From: a virus
Strand: one strand, 5' to 3'
IMG/VR virus record: IMGVR_UViG_3300035670_000025
Length of the DNA: 64,000 nt
In this document: piece by piece, positions 37,431 to 46,852 of the stretch
Numbering within the stretch: position 1 is the stretch's first letter
Layout of the letters: every line of letters begins with the position of its first letter
The notes under the pieces: generated by a model
What the model saw: the letters and a program-made list of their open reading frames with translations, nothing else
The model's database searches: none
Told to the model about the DNA's origin: nothing
Translations under genes and position numbers: made by a program

Positions 37431-37488
37431 TTGTGCTGCCTAATGGAGCACATAATTCAAACCTTGCTTAAATAGGAGGAATAACATG
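37431..37488 (+). promoter_or_regulatory. ROSE-like RNA thermometer
   Basis: 5' hairpin tgtgct..agcaca; CCUUGCU pairs with the SD AGGAGG leaving a bulged G; sits upstream of an sHsp gene. Confidence 0.7.
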
Positions 37489-37938
37489 GGTTACAATTCT
37501 TTTCCAGACGTTTATCGTGCATTATCTGTTGGTTTTGAAGATACTGTAAAGCAACTTGATTCAATTGCACGAAATACCGCAAAGTCTTTTGGATATCCAC
37601 CTTACAATATTGTGAAGGTTGATGAGAATAAGTATGTAATTGAAGTTGCCGTTGCTGGATTTTCCAAACAAGATTTGACTGTTGAACTAAAGGAAAACTC
37701 GTTGGTGGTTTCTGGTAACATTACAGCAAACACTCCTGCGGAAAATTATCTCTACAAGGGTATTGCAGATCGTGCCTTTACCCGTGCTTTCAATATTGCA
37801 GATACGGTAGAGATTCAAAACACACAACTTATGAATGGAATGCTTAAGATATTCCTAGAGAATATTATTCCAGAACATAAGAAATCACGAAAGTTTGATA
37901 TTGAAGATGTACAGGATACCACAAAAACAAAAAAGTAA
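37486..37938 (+). CDS. hsp20: small heat shock protein Hsp20 (IbpA-like)
   Basis: YPPYNI, IEVAVAGF, YLYKGIADRAFTRAF, NGMLKI. Confidence 0.95.
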   Translation: MGYNSFPDVYRALSVGFEDTVKQLDSIARNTAKSFGYPPYNIVKVDENKYVIEVAVAGFSKQDLTVELKENSLVVSGNITANTPAENYLYKGIADRAFTRAFNIADTVEIQNTQLMNGMLKIFLENIIPEHKKSRKFDIEDVQDTTKTKK

Positions 37939-37961
37939 CTTTTTTTGAAAAAGTATTTGGA

Positions 37962-37992
37962 AAGAGAAGGGGGTAACTCCTTCTCTTTTTTT
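37962..37992 (+). terminator. intrinsic terminator
   Basis: aagagaagggg-gtaa-ctccttctctt followed by a T-run. Confidence 0.85.
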
Positions 37993-38063
37993 GTTATTGA
38001 CGATTATTCATAAATGGATCATGCTAGTGCCATATGACCTGTTTATAGATCAAGAGAGGTATA

Positions 38064-40556
38064 ATGAACTTCTATACAAATGTTGCACAATACAAGAGTC
38101 AAATTCTTGTACGTGGATACGATAATGGGAAAAGATTCAAGGAAGAAGTTCCTTACTGCCCGTATTTGTTTGTATCTTCAAGAAAAGATAGTAAGTATCG
38201 AACAATCGATGGTTCTCCTGTTATGAAAAAACAGTTTGAATCAATCTACGAAGCACATCAGTATTATAAAACACATAACAATGTTGATGGGTTCAATATC
38301 TATGGACTCAATCAATATGCATATACTTATATCCATGATACCTTTCCAAATATCAAATATGATACAAATCTAATCAAAACTGTAGTGCTCGATATCGAAG
38401 TAAGCACTGATGAAAAATTCCCAAATATTCAAGAAGCAGATTGTAAAATTACTGCTATTACACTGTTGTATAATGACATCATCTTTGCTCTTGGGTATGG
38501 TGATTTTGCAACGAAAGATAATAAAGTGAAGTATATTCGTTGTAAGAACGAGCATGATTTGCTTCATAAGTTCATTAAGATCTGGTCATCAGAATTATAT
38601 AGTCCTGATGTTGTTACAGGTTGGAACGTAGAACTATTCGATATTCCATATTGCGTTAATCGTATTTCTAGGGTGCTAGGACGAGAATTTGCGGACATGC
38701 TGTCCCCATGGGGCATACTAGAAGAAAGAACTGTAGTATCTCACGGGAAAGAGAATACGGCATTTACTCCTATTGGTGTGAATGTTCTTGATTATTTTCA
38801 GTTATATAAAAAGTTCACATATACACAACAGGAATCATATAAGTTAGATAACATTTGTTATGTTGAACTTGGAGAGAAGAAATTAGATTATTCTGAATAT
38901 GAATCGTTGGCAGGATTGTATCGAAACGATCATCAAAAGTTCATGGAATATAATATTCGTGATTGTTTGCTAGTAAAGAAACTAGACGACAAGATGAAAT
39001 TGCTCGATCTTGTTTATACCTTTGCATACGATTCTGGAATTAATTTTGTTGACGCATTAACTACGGTGAGAACCTGGGATGTAATTATTCATAATTATTT
39101 GTTGGATAGAAATATCGTAATTCCACAAAAGAAAGATAATAAAGCAGATCGTATTCCAGTTGGTGGATATGTAAAAGATCCGCAAACGGGAATGCACGAT
39201 TGGATCGTATCTTTTGATTTGACGAGTCTATATCCACATTTGATTATGGGTTATAACATCTCACCAGATACTTATCGTGGTAAACTGGATAAGATTTATT
39301 CTACAGAAGAATTGTTGGAAGGAGTTAATCCTGACGTTCAACAATACTGCATAGATAAAAACTTATCCTTCACTGCAAATTCTTGTTTTTATACCCGAGA
39401 GTTTCAAGGGTTTCTTCCTGCATTGATGGAAGAACTCTTTAATAAAAGAAAAGAGTATAAGAATAAGATGCTTGATTTGAAGAAAGAATACGAGAAAACC
39501 AAGAATCTGGAATTGCAGAATGAGATTGCTAAGTATGAGAATCTACAGATGGCAGCAAAGATCAAACTCAATTCTGCCTATGGTGCTCTTGCAAATACTT
39601 ATTTCAGATGGTTTGATTTTAATTATGCAGAATCTATTACTATGTCCGGACAATTAACAATTCGTTGGGCAGAAAAGTATTTGAATGCATACTTAAATAA
39701 AATACTCAAGACAGATGGAATAGATTACTGCATTGCAAGTGATACCGATTCTGTTTATCTTAATTTTGGTCCTGTTGTTTCTAAATTTGGAACGACGGAT
39801 AAGATAGAGATTATCAAAACGATTGATAATTTGTGTGAAAAGAAAATCCAACCGATCTTAGATAAGATCTATACCGATTTGTCAAACCAGATGAATGCTT
39901 ATAAACAGGCAATGTTTATGAAACGAGAAGGCATATCAGATCGTGCAATTTTCATTGCAAAGAAACGATATATTACCAATCTTTGGAACAATGAAGGCAT
40001 TCAATATGAAAAACCAAAGTTGAAAATGATGGGCATCGAAGCAGTTCGATCTTCAACTCCTGCTTCCTGTAGACTTGCAATTAAGAATGCCATACAAGTT
40101 ATCTTGACTGGAACTGAGGATGATGCTATTAAATTCATCAATGAGTTTAGAGACTCATTTGTAACTCTTCCGTTTGAAGATGTTGCTTTTCCTCGTGGAG
40201 TAAATGGCATGGATAAGTATTTTGATAGAGAAAACATTTATAAAAAGAGTACACCAATCCATGTTCGTGGTGCATTACTTTACAACAAACTAATCAAAGA
40301 TAGAAAATTGACTGACAGGTTTTCTGAAATCTTTGATAAGGAAAAGGTAAAGTTCTGTTATTTAAAAATGCCAAATCCATTACAAGAAAATGTAATATCT
40401 GTGCCTACTGTTTTGCCCAAACAACTTGAATTAGATAAATATATAGATTACGAACTTCAATTCGAGAAAGCATTTCTTGAACCAATTAAAACCATCTTGG
40501 ATGTTATTGGTTGGCAAACAGAAAAGAAAACCACAATATCTACATTTTTTGCATAA
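38064..40556 (+). CDS. gp43: family B DNA polymerase gp43
   Basis: LDIE exonuclease motif, SFDLTSLYP, KIKLNSAYG, SDTDS, KKRY. Confidence 0.97.
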   Translation: MNFYTNVAQYKSQILVRGYDNGKRFKEEVPYCPYLFVSSRKDSKYRTIDGSPVMKKQFESIYEAHQYYKTHNNVDGFNIYGLNQYAYTYIHDTFPNIKYDTNLIKTVVLDIEVSTDEKFPNIQEADCKITAITLLYNDIIFALGYGDFATKDNKVKYIRCKNEHDLLHKFIKIWSSELYSPDVVTGWNVELFDIPYCVNRISRVLGREFADMLSPWGILEERTVVSHGKENTAFTPIGVNVLDYFQLYKKFTYTQQESYKLDNICYVELGEKKLDYSEYESLAGLYRNDHQKFMEYNIRDCLLVKKLDDKMKLLDLVYTFAYDSGINFVDALTTVRTWDVIIHNYLLDRNIVIPQKKDNKADRIPVGGYVKDPQTGMHDWIVSFDLTSLYPHLIMGYNISPDTYRGKLDKIYSTEELLEGVNPDVQQYCIDKNLSFTANSCFYTREFQGFLPALMEELFNKRKEYKNKMLDLKKEYEKTKNLELQNEIAKYENLQMAAKIKLNSAYGALANTYFRWFDFNYAESITMSGQLTIRWAEKYLNAYLNKILKTDGIDYCIASDTDSVYLNFGPVVSKFGTTDKIEIIKTIDNLCEKKIQPILDKIYTDLSNQMNAYKQAMFMKREGISDRAIFIAKKRYITNLWNNEGIQYEKPKLKMMGIEAVRSSTPASCRLAIKNAIQVILTGTEDDAIKFINEFRDSFVTLPFEDVAFPRGVNGMDKYFDRENIYKKSTPIHVRGALLYNKLIKDRKLTDRFSEIFDKEKVKFCYLKMPNPLQENVISVPTVLPKQLELDKYIDYELQFEKAFLEPIKTILDVIGWQTEKKTTISTFFA

Positions 40557-40565
40557 AGGTAACAA

Positions 40566-41507
40566 ATGAAATCTTTTAAAGAGTTTAGAGAACAATATCA
40601 AAATCTTCCTCTACTTACAGAGGAAGAGTTTCAAATCTTTCTTCAAATTTTACAAGAATCAGAAAATCCTGAAGATTATTATGAACAAACAAAAAAACAA
40701 ATGGGTCCAAAGATGGGTCCATTATTGGGTAAAGGTTCTTCAAGAGCAGCACATGCTGGAGTAACTATTCCAATTAAATTGAGACAATATAGTAAGGATG
40801 GTGGTTCATATACTGTGGTGGACCATCATGTTCCTGTTGTTTATAAGTTTGCTATAAAACATTATAGCAGTTATGATTCTGTGCGTGAACCACATCAAAA
40901 AATGTTGGGTCAATTGCAAAATTTGAATGAAGTACATCCTGTTTTTGATCCTCTGAGAACATATCACAAACATGAAGATGGTACATATTCTGCAAATCCA
41001 CATGGTATTATACCAACGGTATTTCATGCACATCCAGAAGGATTATATTTAATATCAGAAAGAATTCGTCCTATTAAAACAGCAGATTTCCATAAGATTC
41101 ATGGAATACATATGGATGATATGGGAGATTATTTAAATGCTTTGCGTAATCATGCGATAAGGGGTCTTGGCAGTACAACTACTGGTATGGATATACAACA
41201 ACACCAAGAATATGGTAAACATAATATAACAGAAGATCATCCATTGGTAAAATCATGGAGGTCCGCTGTAACAGAAGCAGGACTTCATGGTGGAGACTTC
41301 AACGAAGATAATACTGGGATGAGCATAAATCATCCACACGGAGAAAGAGTATTGATGGCAGATTCTGGATTTCTTACACCACCTGGGCATGTAGAAGGAT
41401 TACATAATACTGTTAAAGAATATGCTAAACGTAGTGATAAAAAATATCAAGCTGATCGTAAAAAAATAAGAATGGGGATTCCATTAACTAATTATTCGAG
41501 AGAGTAA
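40566..41507 (+). CDS. protein kinase-like fold protein with capsid-targeting-like N-terminus
   Basis: LGKGSSR (Gly loop), VYKFA, QNLNE, GDFNEDN (catalytic loop), ADSGF (DFG-like); N-terminus MKSFKEF. Confidence 0.6.
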   Translation: MKSFKEFREQYQNLPLLTEEEFQIFLQILQESENPEDYYEQTKKQMGPKMGPLLGKGSSRAAHAGVTIPIKLRQYSKDGGSYTVVDHHVPVVYKFAIKHYSSYDSVREPHQKMLGQLQNLNEVHPVFDPLRTYHKHEDGTYSANPHGIIPTVFHAHPEGLYLISERIRPIKTADFHKIHGIHMDDMGDYLNALRNHAIRGLGSTTTGMDIQQHQEYGKHNITEDHPLVKSWRSAVTEAGLHGGDFNEDNTGMSINHPHGERVLMADSGFLTPPGHVEGLHNTVKEYAKRSDKKYQADRKKIRMGIPLTNYSRE

Positions 41508-41509
41508 AA

Positions 41510-41776
41510 ATGATAAAAAATGATGATGATGATTTCGGTTTTACTATTGTTACTGAAGAAGAATTAAAAGAATATGAACGATTGCTTGAAAAGCAATTAG
41601 TTGAAGTTCAAACTTCTGCACAACAAAAAATGGAAGGACTGAAAACACTATTTATGCCTTTACTTATTAATCTGATGAAAGATGAAGGCAAAACTTATAT
41701 TTATTGGCCAAATCGAGTAGAAAAGATTAAAGCATTTATACAGAAAATAGATAAGTATATACAAGACAACAAATAA
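41510..41776 (+). CDS. conserved hypothetical protein
   Basis: DDFGF..PLLINL.K...YIYWPNR. Confidence 0.6.
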   Translation: MIKNDDDDFGFTIVTEEELKEYERLLEKQLVEVQTSAQQKMEGLKTLFMPLLINLMKDEGKTYIYWPNRVEKIKAFIQKIDKYIQDNK

Positions 41777-41846
41777 AAAAGACCTTGACTTTTGGTTTTG
41801 ATTATGGTAATCTACACATACTGAAATCAGACCAAAAGGAGGACTT

Positions 41847-42803
41847 ATGGTTCTGAATCACGTCGCACGATTAGTTGCGATTATTATATCCATTGCTGCT
41901 GGAACGATCTCTGTGATCGGACTAGCATCAATGTTCTCTGGTGCCTTTTGGCCTGTCGTTATTGTTGCTTCATTACTTGAGGTTGCCAAAGTAGTAACTG
42001 CTGCTTGGCTGGAGCAACATTGGAAAACACTTGGGTATAAACTCAAGAGTTATCTAGTTTCTGCTGTTATCGTGCTGATGTTAATTACATCACTCGGCAT
42101 TTATGGGTTCTTCGCAAGAGCACATATTGAACAGCAGATTCAAATGACAACCGGGGAAACTTCTCGATTGCCTTTGATTGAGAGTAAAATCAAGATCGAA
42201 CGGCAAAAGCTTGCTGACCTTGACAAGCAAATTGCCCAGATAGATACTGCGGTATCTACTATGACAGAGAAGAGTAGGGCAACGAAAGACGCCAGATCGG
42301 CACTTGCTGCTGCACAACAGCAACGCAAGACACGTGATGGGTTGGTCGCCAACAAAGATAAACTCTTTGTTGTTATTACAGAACTAGAAACGGAGAAATC
42401 ACGACTAGAAAATGTAATAAAAAAGAATGAGGTTGAAGTAGGACCGTTGAAGTATCTTGCTAAACTCTATTATGGAGAGGCAAATGCTTCTAATCTTGAG
42501 CAAGCGGTTCAAATGCTCATCCTCACGCTAGTGTTTGTGTTCGATCCACTTGCAATTGCTCTATTGCTAGCATCGAATCATACAGCAAGCATTAGAAAAC
42601 AAGAAACGCAATCTGTTAAACAGACCGTTTCTGCACCGGTAAATCGGCAATCCCGAGTTATACCGATGCCCGCAAAAGCGGCAAAATTGGCGAGTGTAAA
42701 AGCTCCTAAATTGCGCCGTGATAAGCGACCAACTTCCACGCCGATTCTTAAGCGTCCTAGAAAAAAAAGAAAAGCACTAGATATGACTAATGCTAAATTC
42801 TGA
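41847..42803 (+). CDS. membrane protein with coiled coil (DUF4407-like)
   Basis: Three N-terminal TM helices, a coiled coil, TM with VFDPLAI, basic tail; own promoter and terminator. Confidence 0.65.
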   Translation: MVLNHVARLVAIIISIAAGTISVIGLASMFSGAFWPVVIVASLLEVAKVVTAAWLEQHWKTLGYKLKSYLVSAVIVLMLITSLGIYGFFARAHIEQQIQMTTGETSRLPLIESKIKIERQKLADLDKQIAQIDTAVSTMTEKSRATKDARSALAAAQQQRKTRDGLVANKDKLFVVITELETEKSRLENVIKKNEVEVGPLKYLAKLYYGEANASNLEQAVQMLILTLVFVFDPLAIALLLASNHTASIRKQETQSVKQTVSAPVNRQSRVIPMPAKAAKLASVKAPKLRRDKRPTSTPILKRPRKKRKALDMTNAKF

Positions 42804-42811
42804 TTTTTCGG

Positions 42812-42843
42812 TCCCCATGGATTAGTTTCCATGGGGATTTTTT
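42812..42843 (+). terminator. intrinsic terminator
   Basis: tccccatgga..tccatgggga followed by a T-run. Confidence 0.85.
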
Positions 42844-42907
42844 ATTGACCTATACTTCAATTTGTATTATGATAATCCTATTATCCAAATAACATAGGAG
42901 ACATTAT

Positions 42908-43915
42908 ATGTCATTAATGAAAAAACTAATGAGCAATTCAAAGATAAAGAAAACATCAATCCTCACCGAAAGTGAAGTTTTCACAGATAAGGATGTAATT
43001 CAAACAGATGTTCCAATGATCAATGTTGCATTGTCGGGTAAACTTGACGGTGGATTATCTCCAGGTCTACTAGTAATTGCAGCAGAAAGCAAACATTTCA
43101 AAAGTTCATTTGCTCTAGTATTAGGCAGTGCATTTCAAAAGAAATATGCTGATGGTATTATTCTGTTTTATGATACAGAATTTGGAATGCCACAACAATA
43201 TTTCAAACAGTTTGGAATTGATACGGATAGAGTAGTTCATGTTCCAATTACAGATGTTGAAGAACTAAAACACGATATTGTTAATCAATTAGATAATATT
43301 AATCGAGGAGAAAAGGTTTTCATTATCCTTGATTCTCTCGGCAATCTTGCTTCAAAGAAAGAAGTTGAAGATGCTATGGAAGGAAAAAGTGTTGCTGATA
43401 TGTCTCGTGCCAAGCAATTCAAATCCTTGTTTAGAATGGTTACTCCGCATCTTACACTAAAGGATATTCCTATGGTTGTTATCAATCATGTGTATAAGGA
43501 AATCGGAACTATGTTTCCAAAAACTATTCCAGGTGGTGGAACAGGTGCTTATTATTCAGCAAGTGATATTTGGATCATTGGTAGGCAACAAGAGAAAGAA
43601 AAGGGGTCTTCTGAAGTTGCCGGGTTTAACTTTATTATCAACATTGAGAAGTCTAGAACAGTGAAAGAGAAATCAAAGATACCAATTACTGTAATGCTAG
43701 AATCTGGTATAGAAAAATGGTCAGGATTGTTTGAAGTTGCTTTGGCAGGAGAATATATTAAAGAAATGTCTTCTGGATGGTTTTCTACAGATGGTGAAAA
43801 GAAACGAAGAAGGGCAGACATTGAAAATGACAATGAGTTCTGGCATAATCTATTACAAGACGATAAGTTCAAAACATTCGTTCAACAAAAGTATTCTTTG
43901 GTAAAAGGAGAATAA
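42908..43915 (+). CDS. uvsX: RecA-like recombinase UvsX
   Basis: NVALSG, ESKHFKS, YDTEFG, DSLGNLAS, DMSRAK. Confidence 0.95.
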   Translation: MSLMKKLMSNSKIKKTSILTESEVFTDKDVIQTDVPMINVALSGKLDGGLSPGLLVIAAESKHFKSSFALVLGSAFQKKYADGIILFYDTEFGMPQQYFKQFGIDTDRVVHVPITDVEELKHDIVNQLDNINRGEKVFIILDSLGNLASKKEVEDAMEGKSVADMSRAKQFKSLFRMVTPHLTLKDIPMVVINHVYKEIGTMFPKTIPGGGTGAYYSASDIWIIGRQQEKEKGSSEVAGFNFIINIEKSRTVKEKSKIPITVMLESGIEKWSGLFEVALAGEYIKEMSSGWFSTDGEKKRRRADIENDNEFWHNLLQDDKFKTFVQQKYSLVKGE

Positions 43916-43916
43916 C

Positions 43917-44159
43917 ATGAGTGATATGTATGAAATTATCTTCAAAGAAGATGAAATTCAATTAAATCTGACATCATGCAAACAACCTTGGGCATGTTCA
44001 TGTAAAACAAAAGTAGACGGTGAACCAAAGTGTGGATATAGTCCAGATGAAGCAAAGCAAAGATTTATTCAATATTTCCAAAGAAGAATAAATCATCTGA
44101 ATACAATATCTACTGCACAGTTTATGAGAGAACTCGGTTATTATTCATACGAGGAATAA
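43917..44159 (+). CDS. hypothetical protein
   Basis: AGGAG RBS; fills the gap. Confidence 0.55.
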   Translation: MSDMYEIIFKEDEIQLNLTSCKQPWACSCKTKVDGEPKCGYSPDEAKQRFIQYFQRRINHLNTISTAQFMRELGYYSYEE

Positions 44160-44167
44160 CACAATTC

Positions 44168-45562
44168 ATGGAACAACTAATACTATCGCATCTAATTGAA
44201 AACGAAAGTTATGGAAGAAAGGTTCTTCCATTTCTTAAACTAGAATATTTCCAGTCAGAAACCGATAAGACGGTTTTTGACCTAATCGATTCTTATGCAA
44301 AGAAGTATAATCAATTTCCTACAAAAGAAGCTTTGTTCATTGATTTGGAAAACAAAACAAATCTTAACGAACAGTCTTTCAAAGATGTGAGAGATTTGAT
44401 TTCAAGACTATCAATCGATAAAACAACAAACCTTGATTGGTTGTTAGATAAAACTGAAGAGTTTTGTCAGGAAAAAGCATTATTCAATGCTCTAAGACAA
44501 TCAATCAAAGTTATGGATAAGGATTCAAAGACACCAAAGGGAACTATTCCTAAACTATTACAAGATGCTTTGCAGGTATCCTTTGATTCTCATGTTGGAC
44601 ACGATTTCGTTGAAGATGCATCAGATCGATTTGATGTATATCATAAAAAAGAAATCAAACTCGATTTTGATATCGAATATCTAAACAAAATTACAGGTGG
44701 TGGTGTACCACAAAAAACACTATGTTGTCTTATTGCAACAACAGGTGGTGGTAAATCATTAGCAATGTGTCATATGGCATCACATAATTTGATGTGTAAT
44801 AGGAATGTATTATACATCACACTAGAAATGGCAGAAGAACGCATTGCCCAACGAATAGATGCGAATCTATTAGATGTTGGCATTCAAGATTTGATGCAAC
44901 TATCAAAACTTGAATATCAGAAGAAGATGGATAAGATTAAGAGAACAACGAAAGGCAAATTGATTATCAAAGAGTATCCAACAGCATCTGCTGGTTCTGC
45001 ACATTTCAGACATCTTCTAAACGAATTGAAGATTAAGAAGAATTTTGTTCCTGATGTCATATACATAGATTACTTGAATCTTTGTATATCTTCAAGAATC
45101 AAACCGGGTTCTCAAGTGAATACTTATTCATATGTTAAAGCAGTTGCAGAAGAATTGAGAGGATTGGCAGTAGAGTTCAAGGTTCCAATTTGGACTGCAA
45201 CACAAGCAAACCGTGGAGCATTTAATGCATCTGATGTTGGTCTTGAGAATACTTCTGATAGTATTGGATTGCCAATGACGGTTGATTTGATGCTGGCATT
45301 AATTGCAACAGAAGAACTTGACGATCTTGGACAGATTATGGTAAAACAATTGAAGAATAGATTTGGAGATCCAAATATCAACAAGAGATTTGTTGTTGGG
45401 GTTGACAGATCTAAAATGCGATTGTACAATGTAGAAAATGCTGCACAGGATGATGTCCTGGATGGTCCAGTATTTGATGGAAGTAAATTTGGTGAGGAGG
45501 AAGAAGAGAGAAAGAAACCAAAAAAGAAATTCAACAAAAATAAATTCAAAGGATTTGTATGA
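44168..45562 (+). CDS. gp41: replicative helicase gp41
   Basis: TGGGKS, LEMAEE, IDYLN, TATQANR, KQLKNR. Confidence 0.96.
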   Translation: MEQLILSHLIENESYGRKVLPFLKLEYFQSETDKTVFDLIDSYAKKYNQFPTKEALFIDLENKTNLNEQSFKDVRDLISRLSIDKTTNLDWLLDKTEEFCQEKALFNALRQSIKVMDKDSKTPKGTIPKLLQDALQVSFDSHVGHDFVEDASDRFDVYHKKEIKLDFDIEYLNKITGGGVPQKTLCCLIATTGGGKSLAMCHMASHNLMCNRNVLYITLEMAEERIAQRIDANLLDVGIQDLMQLSKLEYQKKMDKIKRTTKGKLIIKEYPTASAGSAHFRHLLNELKIKKNFVPDVIYIDYLNLCISSRIKPGSQVNTYSYVKAVAEELRGLAVEFKVPIWTATQANRGAFNASDVGLENTSDSIGLPMTVDLMLALIATEELDDLGQIMVKQLKNRFGDPNINKRFVVGVDRSKMRLYNVENAAQDDVLDGPVFDGSKFGEEEEERKKPKKKFNKNKFKGFV

Positions 45563-45774
45563 TGGTATCATTTAGTCGTTCTATTAATTCAACCATTATC
45601 AGGTTGCAAAATTTGCATTCTGCTCTTGCATTTGTAACTGAATCTACAAAGTATGATATTGATATTAGAGATTATATGTGTGAATCTTTAATGAAAGAAA
45701 TTAAAGATATTGAAAATGAGATTGGGTTAGTTATGTCTGAAGAAGCATGGGAAAATTATAGAGGGGTGATCTAA
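45559..45774 (+). CDS. hypothetical protein
   Basis: Coupled to the gp41 stop. Confidence 0.5.
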   Translation: MMVSFSRSINSTIIRLQNLHSALAFVTESTKYDIDIRDYMCESLMKEIKDIENEIGLVMSEEAWENYRGVI

Positions 45775-45968
45775 TGAATTATGATATTTCTCGCACAAAC
45801 AAAATTTTTAATGTAATTGAAAAGCAAACAGGACATTGTATTAAATCTTTTGAAACTCAAAAGAAAGCATTTGAATATTGTTGTTTTCTTAATGCGGGAG
45901 GTGGATTTGATGGATTTACACCAGAATTTTTTATCAAAAATGTAAAAATTATAAATAGTGAACAATGA
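45774..45968 (+). CDS. conserved hypothetical protein
   Basis: LNAGGGFDGFTPEFF motif; coupled start. Confidence 0.55.
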   Translation: MNYDISRTNKIFNVIEKQTGHCIKSFETQKKAFEYCCFLNAGGGFDGFTPEFFIKNVKIINSEQ

Positions 45969-46133
45969 GTCGTGTTTATGGTTTTCCATAAGAGGCAAGT
46001 GTTTATTTAGTTTAGACGCAAGGAAGTGACGAGACCACAGGTGGGGTTCCTCTCGTTCACGACATTTTTGTTTTTAATAGGCATCGTATTGCCGATAAGG
46101 GAAGTAGAGGCAACTTTACTTCCCTATTTTTTT
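45963..46133 (+). ncRNA. candidate structured non-coding RNA
   Basis: Late promoter TATAAATA (45950), GC-richer multi-stem intergenic sequence, closing stem gtcgtg/cacgac, terminator 46098-46133. Confidence 0.55.
46098..46133 (+). terminator. intrinsic terminator
   Basis: agggaagtagag-gcaa-ctttacttccct followed by a T-run. Confidence 0.85.
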
Positions 46134-46167
46134 ATGCTATGATCCTTCATCAACAAGGAGATTGACC

Positions 46168-46260
46168 GTGAACATCTTTTATATTTCGACCGATCCAATC
46201 ATTGCTGCTCAAATGATGGTAGATCGTCATGTAGTAAAAATAATTTTGTGTAATTTCTAA
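46168..46260 (+). pseudogene. orphan 5' fragment of the denV-like gene
   Basis: AAGGAG + GTG; MNIFYISTDPIIAAQMMVDRHVVKIILCNF* parallels the N-terminus at 46849. Confidence 0.8.
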
Positions 46261-46303
46261 ATTTACTAAATAATAAAACAGAAATTGCACAAAGGAAAAT
46301 TTT

Positions 46304-46852
46304 ATGACAATTCAAACCCCCCCACCAAGAAAAATGCCACAGATGGCAAGATCAGGCAAAAATAAGTATGGGAATCCAAAACCAAAAATACAATGCCAAA
46401 AATGTAAAGAATATTTGCGTGAAAATAAATTTTCTTTAATAGACAAAACAGACAGCAAAAAAGGTCGGAGGTCAAATTGCAAATCTTGTTCTGCAAAAAA
46501 AGCAAAAATAGAACGAGATAGAAGAAAAAACGATTGGAAATATAAACCGACCTTATCTATGCTGAATAACTCAAAGCAAAGAGCAAAAAATAGTAATTTG
46601 GAACATACTTTAGTTATTGAAGATATAGTTATACCGGATTATTGTCCGGTGTTCGGCATTAAGTTAGAAACAGGAAATAGAAAAAATCATATAAACGCAC
46701 CCAGTATTGATAGAATTGACAACACTAAAGGTTATATTAAAGACAATATTTTAATTATGTCAGTAAAAGCAAATATATTAAAAAAAGATGCAACGTTAGA
46801 TGAATTGATTATGCTTGGAAAATGGGCAGAAAAAATGAAAGACAAACTATGA
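46304..46852 (+). CDS. HNH-like (His-Me finger) homing endonuclease
   Basis: CxxC..CxxC; CPVFG..PSIDRIDNTKGY..DN....KAN. Confidence 0.8.
   Translation: MTIQTPPPRKMPQMARSGKNKYGNPKPKIQCQKCKEYLRENKFSLIDKTDSKKGRRSNCKSCSAKKAKIERDRRKNDWKYKPTLSMLNNSKQRAKNSNLEHTLVIEDIVIPDYCPVFGIKLETGNRKNHINAPSIDRIDNTKGYIKDNILIMSVKANILKKDATLDELIMLGKWAEKMKDKL

Noticed and set aside
45990-46055. Bona fide c-di-GMP-I riboswitch
   Set aside because: Partial word similarity only; the GNRA tetraloop and receptor are missing, so it is kept as an unclassified ncRNA candidate
46240-46850. Group I intron in the denV-like gene
   Set aside because: The gap is filled entirely by a short hairpin and the nuclease ORF; no P/Q/R/S core is visible, and the downstream part has its own complete N-terminus
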